Below, in pieces: positions 9,301-19,596 of a DNA stretch of 64,000 nucleotides (positions within the stretch are counted from its first letter, which is position 1; each line of letters begins with the position of its first letter). Where the stretch lies: assembly GCA_964531275.1 (NCBI GenBank), contig CAZHDZ010000003.1, positions 33,208 through 97,207 on the forward strand. Reading direction: 5' to 3'. The stretch comes from an uncultured Gammaproteobacteria bacterium. GTDB taxonomy: Bacteria > Patescibacteriota > Microgenomatia > Levybacterales > GWA1-39-11. Under the pieces are notes generated by a model. That model did not search any database, was not told where the DNA came from, and saw nothing but the letters and a program-made list of their open reading frames with translations. Position numbers and translations under genes: made by a program.

Positions 9301-11498
9301 AGCTATCAATTATATATGTCCACTACAATGCCGAAACCGAGATATTAGATTCCATTAAAAGCATTTATAAAAATCCACCAAGTGAAAGTTTTGAAATAAT
9401 TGTCGTTGACAATAATGGAAGTCGAGAATTAATGGAGGCTCTACAAAAATACACAGTAATTTATATAAAAAGTAAAAATATTGGGTTTGGTTCAGGATGT
9501 AATCTTGGTGCAAAAAAAGCTTCTGGTAAATTTTTACTTTTCCTTAACCCAGATACAAGAGTAAAAATTGGAGCGATTGATTCAATGCTTTCATTTATCA
9601 AAAAAAACCCTACTGTGGGTGTTTTGGGTCCCCGAATGTATGATGGGGCTAAACATCTGCTTCCTACCATAAATTCAAAGATTAGTCCTTTGAATGCATT
9701 GGTTGCATACTCTTTTTTAAATAGTCTTTTAAGGAATACCTCTATTGCAAGAAAATTTTGGATGATTGGAGTAAATAGAAACCAAACCCAGTTCGTGGAT
9801 GTAGTTAGTGGTGCTTGCATGTTAATTCCGGCACAAATATTTAAGCTTGTTAAAGGTTTTGATGAGAGATTTTTTCTATATTTTGAAGAGCAGGATATCT
9901 GTATAAGAATTAAAAATGAAGGATATGAGATTGTTTTCTTACCAAAAGCACAAATTGTACATTTAGGTGGAAAGAGTTTGTCAGACAAAGAACAAATAAA
10001 AAAATACTTTGAAAGAAGTAGATATCTGTACTTCCAAAAACACTTTGGATTGACAACAGCCATTTTTATCGAAGTGTTTCTTCGAAAGATTACTGTTAAT
10101 TTCTTTCTTGGCATATGTCTAATTTTAATTTCCTCTATGGTAAATACTTACGCGCAGGACAGACTGATGCTTTTTATTGGGGATGCTGCCAGAGATTACA
10201 ATGCGGCAAAGGAAATGATAGTTAGTGGTGTACCGGTGCTTGTAGGTATTCCTTCCTCTGTATCATGGCTGCATCAAGGGCCAATCTCGGTTTGGTTAAT
10301 TGCGCTTGCCCTGAAGATCTCTAACTTTAATCCGGTGGCACCGGCCTATCTCTTTGGAGTTCTTGGCGGATTAACAACTGGTCTGGTTTTTTATCTAGGT
10401 AATAAGTTATTTGGAAGAGCAGTGGGTATGGTAGCTGGTATCTTTTATGCATTCTCGCCAATGACAGTTGTCAATGCCAGGATGCCCTATCATACATCGT
10501 TGGTGCCATTATTCACGATAATCTTTTTTGTGCTTCTCTATAAGTCAAAAAAAAACATACATCTCCTTCCAGCGCTTACAATTTCCTTGGGGGCATTATT
10601 ACTCGTTGAGCTTTCGAATATCGTAGCAGCTCTGGTTGCATTTTTTTTCCTTTTTCCGCAAAGAAAATATATATCTAAAAAATTGGCTATTGCTTCGATT
10701 GCGACATTTCTAATTGGTATCTTCCCTTTTATACTGAGCGATTTTCTTAATGGACCCAGTTATTTGAAGTTTCCCCTATGGATCGTAAATAGGATTCGAT
10801 ACTTTTTCGTAGGTATGCCTACAGAAAGAGGAGTTTCAACAGTGGCAGGTATTTGGGATACTTATTATCAACAACTCTCTGGTGTTGTCATTCCACATAT
10901 TCCGGTACTGAGCATGGCGTTTTTTTGCTTGGTTATGGCAATTTCTTTGTATTCATACTACAAAGGAAGAATTAACCAGTTGCAGCTATTATTGCTTTGG
11001 TTTTTGGTACCCATAGTTTCATTCACTTTTCATAAATCTCCAGGGACGGCTTATTTTGGTCTTCTATATCCGGTAATAGCTTTGCTGTCAGCATTTGTAT
11101 TAGTGAAGTTATTTACTGCAAGACGAGCGCTCATGCTAGTCTTTGCGTACGCCTTTATAAATGGAATGCTTCTTTTAGCAAATGATTTTTTTGTGAGTAC
11201 TGAATATGCAGCAAATCCTATGCCGCCAACCTTTTACAGCTTTGGGACCACATGGAGGGTTGCAGATGAAGCAGCTCTTTCTATTGTAAATGATGCGAAA
11301 GGCTCGTTTATTACTCTTATTCCTGAAGGAACAATTTCCTTATATAAAACAGGCATAGAGCCTTATAAATATTTAATTTTTTATCATGAGGGTAAATTTT
11401 CGAATGATGGTGTAAAGTATTTGATTTCGGATAAGTTAACGGGTTCAGGCAAAATTTTATATGACAGCAGTTACGTAGTAGCAGAAAAACATGAATAA
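9297..11498 (+). CDS. Fusion of a GT2 (rhamnosyltransferase-like) domain and an ArnT/PMT-like GT-C membrane domain
   Basis: N-terminus: NIGFGSGCNLG, FLNPD, SGACML, GFDERFFLYFEEQD. C-terminus: FIGDAARD..., GIPSS..WLHQGP, multi-TM. Confidence 0.8.
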   Translation: MKLSIIYVHYNAETEILDSIKSIYKNPPSESFEIIVVDNNGSRELMEALQKYTVIYIKSKNIGFGSGCNLGAKKASGKFLLFLNPDTRVKIGAIDSMLSFIKKNPTVGVLGPRMYDGAKHLLPTINSKISPLNALVAYSFLNSLLRNTSIARKFWMIGVNRNQTQFVDVVSGACMLIPAQIFKLVKGFDERFFLYFEEQDICIRIKNEGYEIVFLPKAQIVHLGGKSLSDKEQIKKYFERSRYLYFQKHFGLTTAIFIEVFLRKITVNFFLGICLILISSMVNTYAQDRLMLFIGDAARDYNAAKEMIVSGVPVLVGIPSSVSWLHQGPISVWLIALALKISNFNPVAPAYLFGVLGGLTTGLVFYLGNKLFGRAVGMVAGIFYAFSPMTVVNARMPYHTSLVPLFTIIFFVLLYKSKKNIHLLPALTISLGALLLVELSNIVAALVAFFFLFPQRKYISKKLAIASIATFLIGIFPFILSDFLNGPSYLKFPLWIVNRIRYFFVGMPTERGVSTVAGIWDTYYQQLSGVVIPHIPVLSMAFFCLVMAISLYSYYKGRINQLQLLLLWFLVPIVSFTFHKSPGTAYFGLLYPVIALLSAFVLVKLFTARRALMLVFAYAFINGMLLLANDFFVSTEYAANPMPPTFYSFGTTWRVADEAALSIVNDAKGSFITLIPEGTISLYKTGIEPYKYLIFYHEGKFSNDGVKYLISDKLTGSGKILYDSSYVVAEKHE

Positions 11499-14199
11499 AT
11501 TTTTGGGTATTTTCTTAATAGTAATTGCCTTCATTTTTGTTTTGCATTTTTTCGGAAAAATCTTCTTACCTACAGACATACTAAATTATTTTCCATCGTT
11601 CTCGCAAAGCTCCTGGACAAAACCCCACAACTCATTACTTGCAGATCCCGTTTTTCAATTTGAACCTTGGAGAATTTTTGCAAAAGAAGAGCTACTTCGT
11701 GGAAAAATTCCTATTTGGAACAATCTTAATGCAACGGGAGTTCCTTTCCTAGCTAACATGCAGAACGCAGTATTTTTTCCTCTTAATTTCTTTTATTATG
11801 TTTTTCCCCCATCAATATCTTTATTTTTGATAGCATCTTTAAAATATGTTCTTTTTGTATTGTTCTCAATTCTATATTTAAGACAGCTTAAAATTTCTAA
11901 GTTTTCAGCAGTACTTTCTTCCCTAATTGCATCCTCAAGCTATATGGTTATTTGGTTGCAGTGGCCCCAGACAAACGTTTTTCTTTGTCTACCACTAATA
12001 CTTTTGCTTATTGAAAAGCTATCTGTATCAAAAAACAAATTTCATTATTTAGCGTTACTTTCTGTTACGTATTTTATTGCAATTACTGGAGGTCATCCAG
12101 AAACTTTTTTTAATATCTTTTTAATTGCATGTATTTATATTTTGGTCGTAATTAAAAAGAGGAATATATTTCTTATTCATGCACTGGCAGTTTTTTGGGG
12201 GTGTGTGCTAGGTTCTTTCCTGCTAGTTCCATTTATAGAATATTTGGTAAATAGTTATGCTGCTTACGCTAGATCCATTTCGAAGCATGCTGAATTGCCG
12301 TTATGGTCATTTGTTTCCTTGCTGAATCCAATTGTACTGGGAGGTCCCCAATTTTCTTTGTATAAACCATTTTCGGCATTAACGAATTTTGCCGAAACAA
12401 GCGTAGTGTTTGTTGGCCCTATTGCTGCTATTTTAGCTATTCGCATGCTTAAGTTGAAATCGTTTGGAATAAAATTTATATTTCTTGCTTTTATTTGCTT
12501 TCTCTTAGCATACTTTCCGATCTTGTCAGTTATTCCAATAGTGCATTTAAATGCAAGCAGTAGATTCGCGATATTTATACCTTTCTTTCTTTCAATAGCG
12601 GCGGGTTTCTCAATTGATCAGTTGGACAAAAAAAGTTACGCAATTAAATTTAAGCAAACATATGGTATAGGTATTTTAGGATTATCTATGATTGCTCTTT
12701 TGTTTGTGCCCACCGCAACAAATACAGAATCATTTTTCATATTCTCGGTTTCTTATATACTATTTCTCTTATTTACTTCATTTCTCTTCTTCTTGGTGTT
12801 GAGTCATTCCATCAAATTCAAGCGACTCATATTGACTACTATTATTACTTTGCAGATTATCTTCCCAGTAATAAGCTATAACGGTTTTAATAATACTGAG
12901 TCCTATTACCCCAGAAACAGTTTTATTAATTCTTTAACCAGGATAAATGATGCAAGGGTAATACAAGTCGGGAACATAAATCTTCCAGCAGATATAAACA
13001 TGGCTTATGGAATTGAAAGCGCAGAGAATTACGACGCTTTGGATATAAAAAATTACAAGGATAATTTTGATAAGGCTTTTCCATTAAAAAATCACATGGG
13101 AATAGTTGATGAAGTTTCCCCATATGCTCTCAAAAAATTTGGAATAAATACCGTCATATCTGACTACGATATTAATTTAAGGAAAATTACAGTTCAAAAA
13201 AATATTGATCAAAGGATTAGTCTCAGAAAACCTCTTGTTGTCTATTTTGAAAATAAGGAAGGAAATTTAAAGGAAATACGGTTAATAACTCAAAATTTTA
13301 ATAGATCTAATAAATGCAAAGTGCGAATCCAGTTGCTCAATGGCAAACAACTTCTTTCTTCGACATTGTTCAATTGTTTAGATGCTCGAGACAATATGTA
13401 TATTACTGTTCCAATTAGTGGCTTAAGAATAGATAGTGCTAAAAAGTATCAACTAAGATTGGAGCCAGTAGGTTTTAATTCTACTAACGAAATTGCGTTG
13501 CGAGGATCAGGTGGTATTCCTTACGTAGACTTGTTGATTGAACAAAATCAACATGAATACAAACTTCTTTATAAAGGTACCAATGTAAGTATTTTTACAG
13601 TTAATTACTCAAGTAAGATTGATTATGGAGGTACTTCTTCTATTCTTGAAAATGAGACTAATAAGATTTCAATTGTAACGAATAGTAGTAACAATTCAAA
13701 ACTAACTCTCAAAAATTCTTTTTATCCTGGCTGGGAGGCTTATATAAATAATCGCAAAGTTATTATTATTGATAGAAATCCTTTCATGTCAGTTCAGGTT
13801 CCAAAAGGAGAAAATTTAGTGGAATTTATTTATAAGCCGAAGTCGCTATACTTAGGTTCAATAGTATCTTTTATTGGTTTTTTGGTTTTGACTACTTATT
13901 TTTTGAGAAAAATTATAAAGAACAAGAAGTTCTTCGGAATTAGGAAAAAAGTTTTTTTTGAAAAGCATGCAAAATATTTTTTTTCCGGAGCTATTATTTC
14001 CGAAATCATATTGGTGACTGGACTTAAAATCTTCTCATTTGAATTTTACTATCCTATGACAACTGCAATTAATTGGTTTACTGTTCATAAATATCCTCGA
14101 CAACAAGAATACTTTTTCTTTTTACTTTTATTCTTTATCCCACTTTTTTTCGGAATTTTAAGCTGGTTAATCCTAGTAAGAAGGGGATCAAGTAAATGA
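11491..14199 (+). CDS. YfhO-family GT-C membrane protein
   Basis: P.WN.....G.PFLAN.Q.AVFFPLN, GGHPET, and a C-terminal FYPGWEAYIN..V.KGEN.VEF.Y.P domain. Confidence 0.82.
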   Translation: MNKFLGIFLIVIAFIFVLHFFGKIFLPTDILNYFPSFSQSSWTKPHNSLLADPVFQFEPWRIFAKEELLRGKIPIWNNLNATGVPFLANMQNAVFFPLNFFYYVFPPSISLFLIASLKYVLFVLFSILYLRQLKISKFSAVLSSLIASSSYMVIWLQWPQTNVFLCLPLILLLIEKLSVSKNKFHYLALLSVTYFIAITGGHPETFFNIFLIACIYILVVIKKRNIFLIHALAVFWGCVLGSFLLVPFIEYLVNSYAAYARSISKHAELPLWSFVSLLNPIVLGGPQFSLYKPFSALTNFAETSVVFVGPIAAILAIRMLKLKSFGIKFIFLAFICFLLAYFPILSVIPIVHLNASSRFAIFIPFFLSIAAGFSIDQLDKKSYAIKFKQTYGIGILGLSMIALLFVPTATNTESFFIFSVSYILFLLFTSFLFFLVLSHSIKFKRLILTTIITLQIIFPVISYNGFNNTESYYPRNSFINSLTRINDARVIQVGNINLPADINMAYGIESAENYDALDIKNYKDNFDKAFPLKNHMGIVDEVSPYALKKFGINTVISDYDINLRKITVQKNIDQRISLRKPLVVYFENKEGNLKEIRLITQNFNRSNKCKVRIQLLNGKQLLSSTLFNCLDARDNMYITVPISGLRIDSAKKYQLRLEPVGFNSTNEIALRGSGGIPYVDLLIEQNQHEYKLLYKGTNVSIFTVNYSSKIDYGGTSSILENETNKISIVTNSSNNSKLTLKNSFYPGWEAYINNRKVIIIDRNPFMSVQVPKGENLVEFIYKPKSLYLGSIVSFIGFLVLTTYFLRKIIKNKKFFGIRKKVFFEKHAKYFFSGAIISEIILVTGLKIFSFEFYYPMTTAINWFTVHKYPRQQEYFFFLLLFFIPLFFGILSWLILVRRGSSK

Positions 14200-15734
14200 A
14201 AAGATATATTTGGATATTAATTGCAGCATTTTTCCTACTGTTAGTAGGTTCAGGATTGGTAATAAGCCCATTTTATGGCGACATAAATGTAATTGATGAA
14301 GGCCAATTTGGAGGTTGGATTACTCACATGTTGCATGGCCAAAAACTATATGTTGACACTTATGCCGCGTATGGACCTCTTTATATTTACCCCTTATATT
14401 TTGCCTCAAAGCTGTTCGGACCTTCAGTTTTTTTGATAAGGATTATTTATTTAGTAATAGGAACTCTTGGAGCATTGATAATCGCGAAATGGGCAATGCA
14501 GCGATTGAAAATTAAGGAATATATCCAATATATGGTATTGTCTTTGCTTATTATTATTCCTGGATTTGGCATGAGACAAGGAATGGGACTTATTGCTCTT
14601 CTTGCTTTGGATAAGGGAATTGCGAAAAATAACCCAAAATGGTGGATGATAACAGGTGCTACTGTTTGTATTACTTTTCTCGTAAGTTCTGACATGGGCA
14701 TATTTGTAGGGATCATAAGTGCTCTGTCTGTATTCATAGCTTCGATCCATGCTGAGAAGCTTAAAAGCGTGTTAATTAACACTGCTGGCTACCTAGTGGG
14801 AATAGTTGTGCCTTTTTTGATATTTTCAATTCTAGCTTACCAAGATGGATGGCTAACAGCATATATCCAAACTGTAGTTGACGATTACATCTCTTATTCC
14901 GGAATGGGTCTTCCCAATGGTCAGGCATTTCCGAATCTCTTAACGCTCTTTTTTGAAGCTAATAGTCCATGGGCCATGGTAAAAGTTATTTTGTCACGCG
15001 AAGCAATCTTATATTGGAATTATTTGTTGTACTTCTGCCTAGTTGCATTTATCGTTATAAAATTTTTATTAAAAGGTAGACTCGTTGATACTTATCTTTC
15101 CTTCATTACAATTTTCGGCTTTATGTTGTCTATGATTCTTCTTGGAAGATTTGGCCATATTCCATTTGTTATACCAATTTCTTTTATACTTATGGGATAT
15201 TTATGTTCACGTGTCCTGCTGCTTCCAAAGGGCAAACTTAAAATAGTAATTATTGTTGCAATGGTGATTTTTTCTCTTCGGTTTGTCAGCCTATATAGGC
15301 CTCATTTCGGTAGAATATTAGAAATTCCATCCAATTTTTTTCAGAATACAGCAAGTGCGTCATATATAGGTCCCATATCTATTTCTCGTGAACAAGATGA
15401 GCAGTTTTTATTTGTTCAAAAATTTGTACATGAAAATGTGGAGAAAAATGAATCTATATTTTTTCTTGGAAATGAGCCAGTAATGTATCTTGTGGCAAAT
15501 AGGACAAATCCTTCACGATTTGATCTTCCGGAGGTAATTAATTCAAAAGCAAAACGTTATGAATTGATTGAATCCTTGGAAAAAAAAGAGACTAAATATA
15601 TCCTTTATAATAAATCTTCGTGGGATGTAGATGGAGTTTCTAACGCTCAAAGATTGCCCGAGCTTATGGAATATATAGGGCAAAAATATACGAGTTCTGA
15701 GCAGCAAGGATTTGTTATTTATAAGAGGCGTTAA
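14196..15734 (+). CDS. Polytopic membrane protein, probable GT-C glycosyltransferase
   Basis: DEG..., G.KLY.D....YGPL first loop; many TMs; C-terminal Y..ANR.NPSRF. Confidence 0.65.
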   Translation: MKRYIWILIAAFFLLLVGSGLVISPFYGDINVIDEGQFGGWITHMLHGQKLYVDTYAAYGPLYIYPLYFASKLFGPSVFLIRIIYLVIGTLGALIIAKWAMQRLKIKEYIQYMVLSLLIIIPGFGMRQGMGLIALLALDKGIAKNNPKWWMITGATVCITFLVSSDMGIFVGIISALSVFIASIHAEKLKSVLINTAGYLVGIVVPFLIFSILAYQDGWLTAYIQTVVDDYISYSGMGLPNGQAFPNLLTLFFEANSPWAMVKVILSREAILYWNYLLYFCLVAFIVIKFLLKGRLVDTYLSFITIFGFMLSMILLGRFGHIPFVIPISFILMGYLCSRVLLLPKGKLKIVIIVAMVIFSLRFVSLYRPHFGRILEIPSNFFQNTASASYIGPISISREQDEQFLFVQKFVHENVEKNESIFFLGNEPVMYLVANRTNPSRFDLPEVINSKAKRYELIESLEKKETKYILYNKSSWDVDGVSNAQRLPELMEYIGQKYTSSEQQGFVIYKRR

Positions 15735-17015
15735 TTATTTAATTGAACTTCCTTTTATAATTTTTGGTATCGGAAGAGGTATTATAAAATCTCCCTTGTA
15801 GCCTTTACTTACTAATTTAGGTATAAGCTCATCTGCAATATGCCATGAAAAAAGAAGAGCATATTCTGGCTGGTTCTTAAATAAGAGTCCCTCATCCAGT
15901 ACTGGGATGAGAGTTCCTGGCATATATTTTCCAGTTTTGTATGAACCTTTAACTTCAACGATGCAATCTAGAATAGAGTCGTCGAGTCCAGCATAGCTTG
16001 CCAGAGTTGTACCTCTTGAGGGAGCACTTATCCCATAGATTCTCTTACCCTTCTTTTTAATAGATGTAAGTAGCGTGTTAAGTTCAAGCTTGGAGATAAC
16101 AACTTTCCTTTTAAAACTCTCAAATGATTTTATGTCTGCAACCACACTCTTTTCTTTTTCTAGCAATTTCTTTACTGTTGGCTTCACCTCATATTTACCT
16201 TTCAAAGCAGCATATACGCGTATTGAGCCGCCATGTGAAGGAATTTCCTTCGCATGAAATACTTCAAGATCATGTTGTTTTAGTAGGTTGATAATACTAA
16301 TTAACGAATAGTACCTGATGTGCTCATGATAAATGGTGTCATACTGCACAGTTTTTATGAGTGGCATTAGATAATGAGATTCCGAAATAAAAACTCCATC
16401 TGGTGTTAGTAAATTCTTAATATTGTTTGTTAACTCATGAACATGTTCAATATGTGCATAAGCGTTTGTTAGTGTGACAATTTTAGCCTTTCCATATTTC
16501 TTAATGACATTCTTAGAAACTTGGGTTGTAAAGTAGTCGATAATTGTAGGTATCCCTTTCTCAATTGCGAGTTTTCCAATTTCCTCTGGTGTAATACCAA
16601 GAACTTTGTGTTTATCTTTGAAATTGCTAAGAAGATTTCCGTCGTTCGAGCCAATATCAATAATTAAATCGTTTTTAGAAAGTGATATAAGTTTTGACGA
16701 TTCTTCATATAATTCAGCGAAATTTTCTCTAAGAACTTTCGTGGTACTGCTAGTGTATGGGTAGCTTTTTGGAAATAAGATAGTTGGATCTACGATTAGA
16801 CCCATCTGCACTAAGTGGCATTTCTTGCAATAAAGTAAGTTTGCCGGAAAGCTAGGAGAGACTGTTGGAACCGTACCTATTACGGGCATTGTATTAACAG
16901 GAGGAAGATACCCTAAAAATAGTATTGAATAAAGTTTGTTATATCCGCATGACTGGCAAGAAGTTACGGGTAGACTTTGTCCTGTATTGATAGTCTTTTT
17001 AAGAGCGTCCTGCAT
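15735..17015 (-). CDS. NDP-sugar C-methyltransferase (Zn-binding N-terminus plus C-methyltransferase C-terminus)
   Basis: CxxC...CxxC.LVQ, DIGSNDG.LL, YDTIYHEH..YYS, HGGSIR, K.GKYMPGT.IPV, LLFSW. Confidence 0.9.
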   Translation of the reverse strand: MQDALKKTINTGQSLPVTSCQSCGYNKLYSILFLGYLPPVNTMPVIGTVPTVSPSFPANLLYCKKCHLVQMGLIVDPTILFPKSYPYTSSTTKVLRENFAELYEESSKLISLSKNDLIIDIGSNDGNLLSNFKDKHKVLGITPEEIGKLAIEKGIPTIIDYFTTQVSKNVIKKYGKAKIVTLTNAYAHIEHVHELTNNIKNLLTPDGVFISESHYLMPLIKTVQYDTIYHEHIRYYSLISIINLLKQHDLEVFHAKEIPSHGGSIRVYAALKGKYEVKPTVKKLLEKEKSVVADIKSFESFKRKVVISKLELNTLLTSIKKKGKRIYGISAPSRGTTLASYAGLDDSILDCIVEVKGSYKTGKYMPGTLIPVLDEGLLFKNQPEYALLFSWHIADELIPKLVSKGYKGDFIIPLPIPKIIKGSSIK

Positions 17016-17052
17016 TTAAGAAAAATATTGTATAACATTGAAGGCACTATAT

Positions 17053-18003
17053 CTATAGCAACTTCTTATACCATTCGCCTGTTTTAGAAAGGCCATCGTC
17101 TAAAGACATTTGTTGCCTATATCCCAATTTTTTTATTTTGGTAATGTCAGGGCACCTTCTTGGTGTACTGCCTTTTTTTAGTTCGCCTGTTACTATTTCT
17201 ATCTCCTTGTTAAGTATCTTTGCAATTTTCTTTGTAAGATTAAGGGAACTAATTTCGTCATCATTTCCTATGTTAAATGTACTTAAATTTTTTGACTTTG
17301 TAAAAACTTCAAAGAAAGCATGCGCAAAGTCATCTATGTACATATAAGATCGTGTTTCTGAGCCCTTTCCTTGTATTCTAAATTTGGTTTTTTTGTTGCC
17401 AATCTTTAACATCCGAAGAATTAATTCGGGAATTGCATGTTCAGTGCCCATGTCCGGTCCATATATATTGTGAGGGCGGAATATGACGGTCTTTTTAAGA
17501 TATTTTGATGCCACATGTATAGCAAGAAGTTCTGAAAGTATCTTTCCGCCTCCATACGAAAAACGTGGATTATATGGATCAGGAACCACCAGTGGAATTT
17601 CTTCTGGCGTGGGTACAATAGAGGGATTTTGATAGACCTCGGAACTTGATGCAAGGAATAATTCTTCCACATTATCAAGCTTGCAGGCTTCAATTACCGA
17701 GAGCATACCATTAACCCCAATATCAAGTACTAGATCGGGGTTTGAATAAAAAAACTTTGTTCCATTCACGTATGCAAGATGAATTATTGATGTGCAGTCT
17801 TTTGCTGCACTAACCACTTTTTTCGTATTACGAATATCACACTCTATAAAATCAAAATTGCCCTCTACATTTTTGAGCTTTGATAATTTTCCACGTTGGA
17901 GATTATCCAAAACCTTAATGTCGTAACCTTGCTGAATAAGACTCTCAACGATAGATGCGCCAATAAATCCAGCACCACCAGTTATCAATATTTTCTTTTT
18001 CAT
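17053..18003 (-). CDS. NAD-dependent nucleotide-sugar epimerase/dehydratase (extended SDR)
   Basis: MKKKILITGGAGFIG, ASSSEVY, YGGGK (YxxxK), RPHNIYGP. Start moved to ATG 18003 because the upstream ORF extension runs into repeat array 2. Confidence 0.9.
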   Translation of the reverse strand: MKKKILITGGAGFIGASIVESLIQQGYDIKVLDNLQRGKLSKLKNVEGNFDFIECDIRNTKKVVSAAKDCTSIIHLAYVNGTKFFYSNPDLVLDIGVNGMLSVIEACKLDNVEELFLASSSEVYQNPSIVPTPEEIPLVVPDPYNPRFSYGGGKILSELLAIHVASKYLKKTVIFRPHNIYGPDMGTEHAIPELILRMLKIGNKKTKFRIQGKGSETRSYMYIDDFAHAFFEVFTKSKNLSTFNIGNDDEISSLNLTKKIAKILNKEIEIVTGELKKGSTPRRCPDITKIKKLGYRQQMSLDDGLSKTGEWYKKLL

Positions 18004-18049
18004 TTGACCATTATAGACACGGGAATATTTTTCTGCAAATAAGTCGTGT

Positions 18050-18273
18050 GGAAGTTTTAGCGCAGCCAAAACCGACGCAGGAAGTTTTAGCGCAGCCAAG
18101 GTTCTGCGAAGCAGGTTCTTATCATAGCCAAAAGCAGCCCAGGAAGTTTTAGCGCAGCCAAAACCGACGCAGGAAGTTTTAGCGCAGCCAAGGTTCTGCG
18201 AAGCAGGTTCTTATCATAGCCAAAAGCAGCCCAGGAAGTTTTAGCGCAGCCAAAACCGACGCAGGAAGTTTTA
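18050..18273. repeat. Tandem hairpin-repeat array 2 (92-bp higher-order unit of 30+34+28 bp, ~2.4 copies)
   Basis: Exact 92-bp period (starts 18050, 18142, 18234). Five copies of GGAAGTTTTAGCGCAGCCAA plus degenerate CTTATCATAGCCAA subunits. Confidence 0.95.
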
Positions 18274-18321
18274 CTTTGTTTTCTAAATATGGTATATGTT
18301 AACGATTACATTGGCAACACT

Positions 18322-19596
18322 ATGCAAACAAAAAAACTTATTAACACTTCTGTAATTGGAATAGGTCGCGTAGGATTGCCGCTCGCATTAGTACTTGCAG
18401 ATAGTGGCCTAAACGTTTTTGGCATAGGGAGAAATGAAGAAAAGTGTGTACAAATTAATAAAGGGGAAATGCCCTTTATGGAGGATGGTGCTTCTAAGAT
18501 TCTTAAGAAAGTTGTTGGAAAGAATTTTGTAGCCACAACAGACTATTCATTTGTAAAAAAATCAGAGTATATTATCCTAACACTGGGCACCCCGATTGAC
18601 TCCAACATGAACCCGGTTTTATCGCAGATAGAAGCGGCGCTTGCAGAAATGAAGCCCTACTTAAAGAAAGGGCAAACTTTAATTTTAAGAAGTACAGTTT
18701 CTCCTGGAACGACACAGTACGTAAAATCAATAATTAACGGTATAAGAGAATTGTCTGTTGGTGTCAATTTTTTCGTAGCATTCTGTCCGGAAAGGATAGT
18801 GGAGGGTAAAGCTATTGACGAAATAAGACTTATCCCACAAATTATTGGCGGAGTTGATCTCAAAAGCACAAAAAAAGCTGAAAAACTATTTTCGCTTATT
18901 GGATGCACAACACTTAATAGCGATGATGTGTCAGCAGAGCTCGCAAAATTGTTTACAAATATGTATAGATATATTAACTTTGCTATTGCGAATGAATTTA
19001 TGGTTGTTGCAGACAACCACGGGAAGAATATCTACAGTATCATTGACTTGGTAAACTCAAGATACAAGAGGGGAGGACTAGCAAGTCCAGGTATGACCGC
19101 GGGTCCATGCCTATTTAAAGACGGATTTTTCCTTGTGTCAGATCTTCCCTACAATGATCTTATCACGACAAGCTGGAAGATAAATGAGTCGATCCCTCTG
19201 TTCTTAGTTAAAAAGTTGAAGAATCAAATCGATCTTGATGGAAAGAAGGCTGCAATCCTGGGGATGGCTTTTAAGGCAGAAATTGATGATATACGAGAGT
19301 CATTAAGTTTTAAAGTCCGAAAGGCTCTAATGCGAGAGAATATGAAAGTCGAGCTTCATGATCCGTATGTTAAGGAATATGCCTACCAAGAAATACGGAC
19401 TGATGTTTATGACGCATGCAAAGGAGCAGACTTGATATTTGTTGCAACAAATCACCTTGAATATAAATCCTTAGATATAGCAAAACTTAGAAAGGTAGTG
19501 AAGAAGAACTGCTACGTCTGCGATATTTGGAATGTTTTTGGAACTGGTAATATTTTCTTTAATATAAAAGATCTTAAAGTTTCGCGTAAGAGTTAA
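18322..19596 (+). CDS. UDP-glucose/GDP-mannose dehydrogenase family (WecC-like nucleotide-sugar dehydrogenase)
   Basis: GIGRVGLP, ILRSTVSPGTT, FCPERI.EG, AELAKLFTN..RY..FA.ANE, GPCL.KD, FKAEIDDIRES. An upstream start at 18289 is possible. Confidence 0.9.
   Translation: MQTKKLINTSVIGIGRVGLPLALVLADSGLNVFGIGRNEEKCVQINKGEMPFMEDGASKILKKVVGKNFVATTDYSFVKKSEYIILTLGTPIDSNMNPVLSQIEAALAEMKPYLKKGQTLILRSTVSPGTTQYVKSIINGIRELSVGVNFFVAFCPERIVEGKAIDEIRLIPQIIGGVDLKSTKKAEKLFSLIGCTTLNSDDVSAELAKLFTNMYRYINFAIANEFMVVADNHGKNIYSIIDLVNSRYKRGGLASPGMTAGPCLFKDGFFLVSDLPYNDLITTSWKINESIPLFLVKKLKNQIDLDGKKAAILGMAFKAEIDDIRESLSFKVRKALMRENMKVELHDPYVKEYAYQEIRTDVYDACKGADLIFVATNHLEYKSLDIAKLRKVVKKNCYVCDIWNVFGTGNIFFNIKDLKVSRKS

Noticed and set aside
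18004-18099. N-terminal extension MAALKLPASVLAALKLPH on the epimerase ORF
   Set aside because: It is translated repeat DNA. The Rossmann motif starts at ATG 18003, which has its own TATAAT 6 nt upstream.
18050-18273. CRISPR array interpretation of the repeat arrays (also 444-562 and 54881-55056)
   Set aside because: Inter-core sequences are short (about 4-20 nt) and themselves repeated, there are no unique spacers, and no cas genes are in the window.
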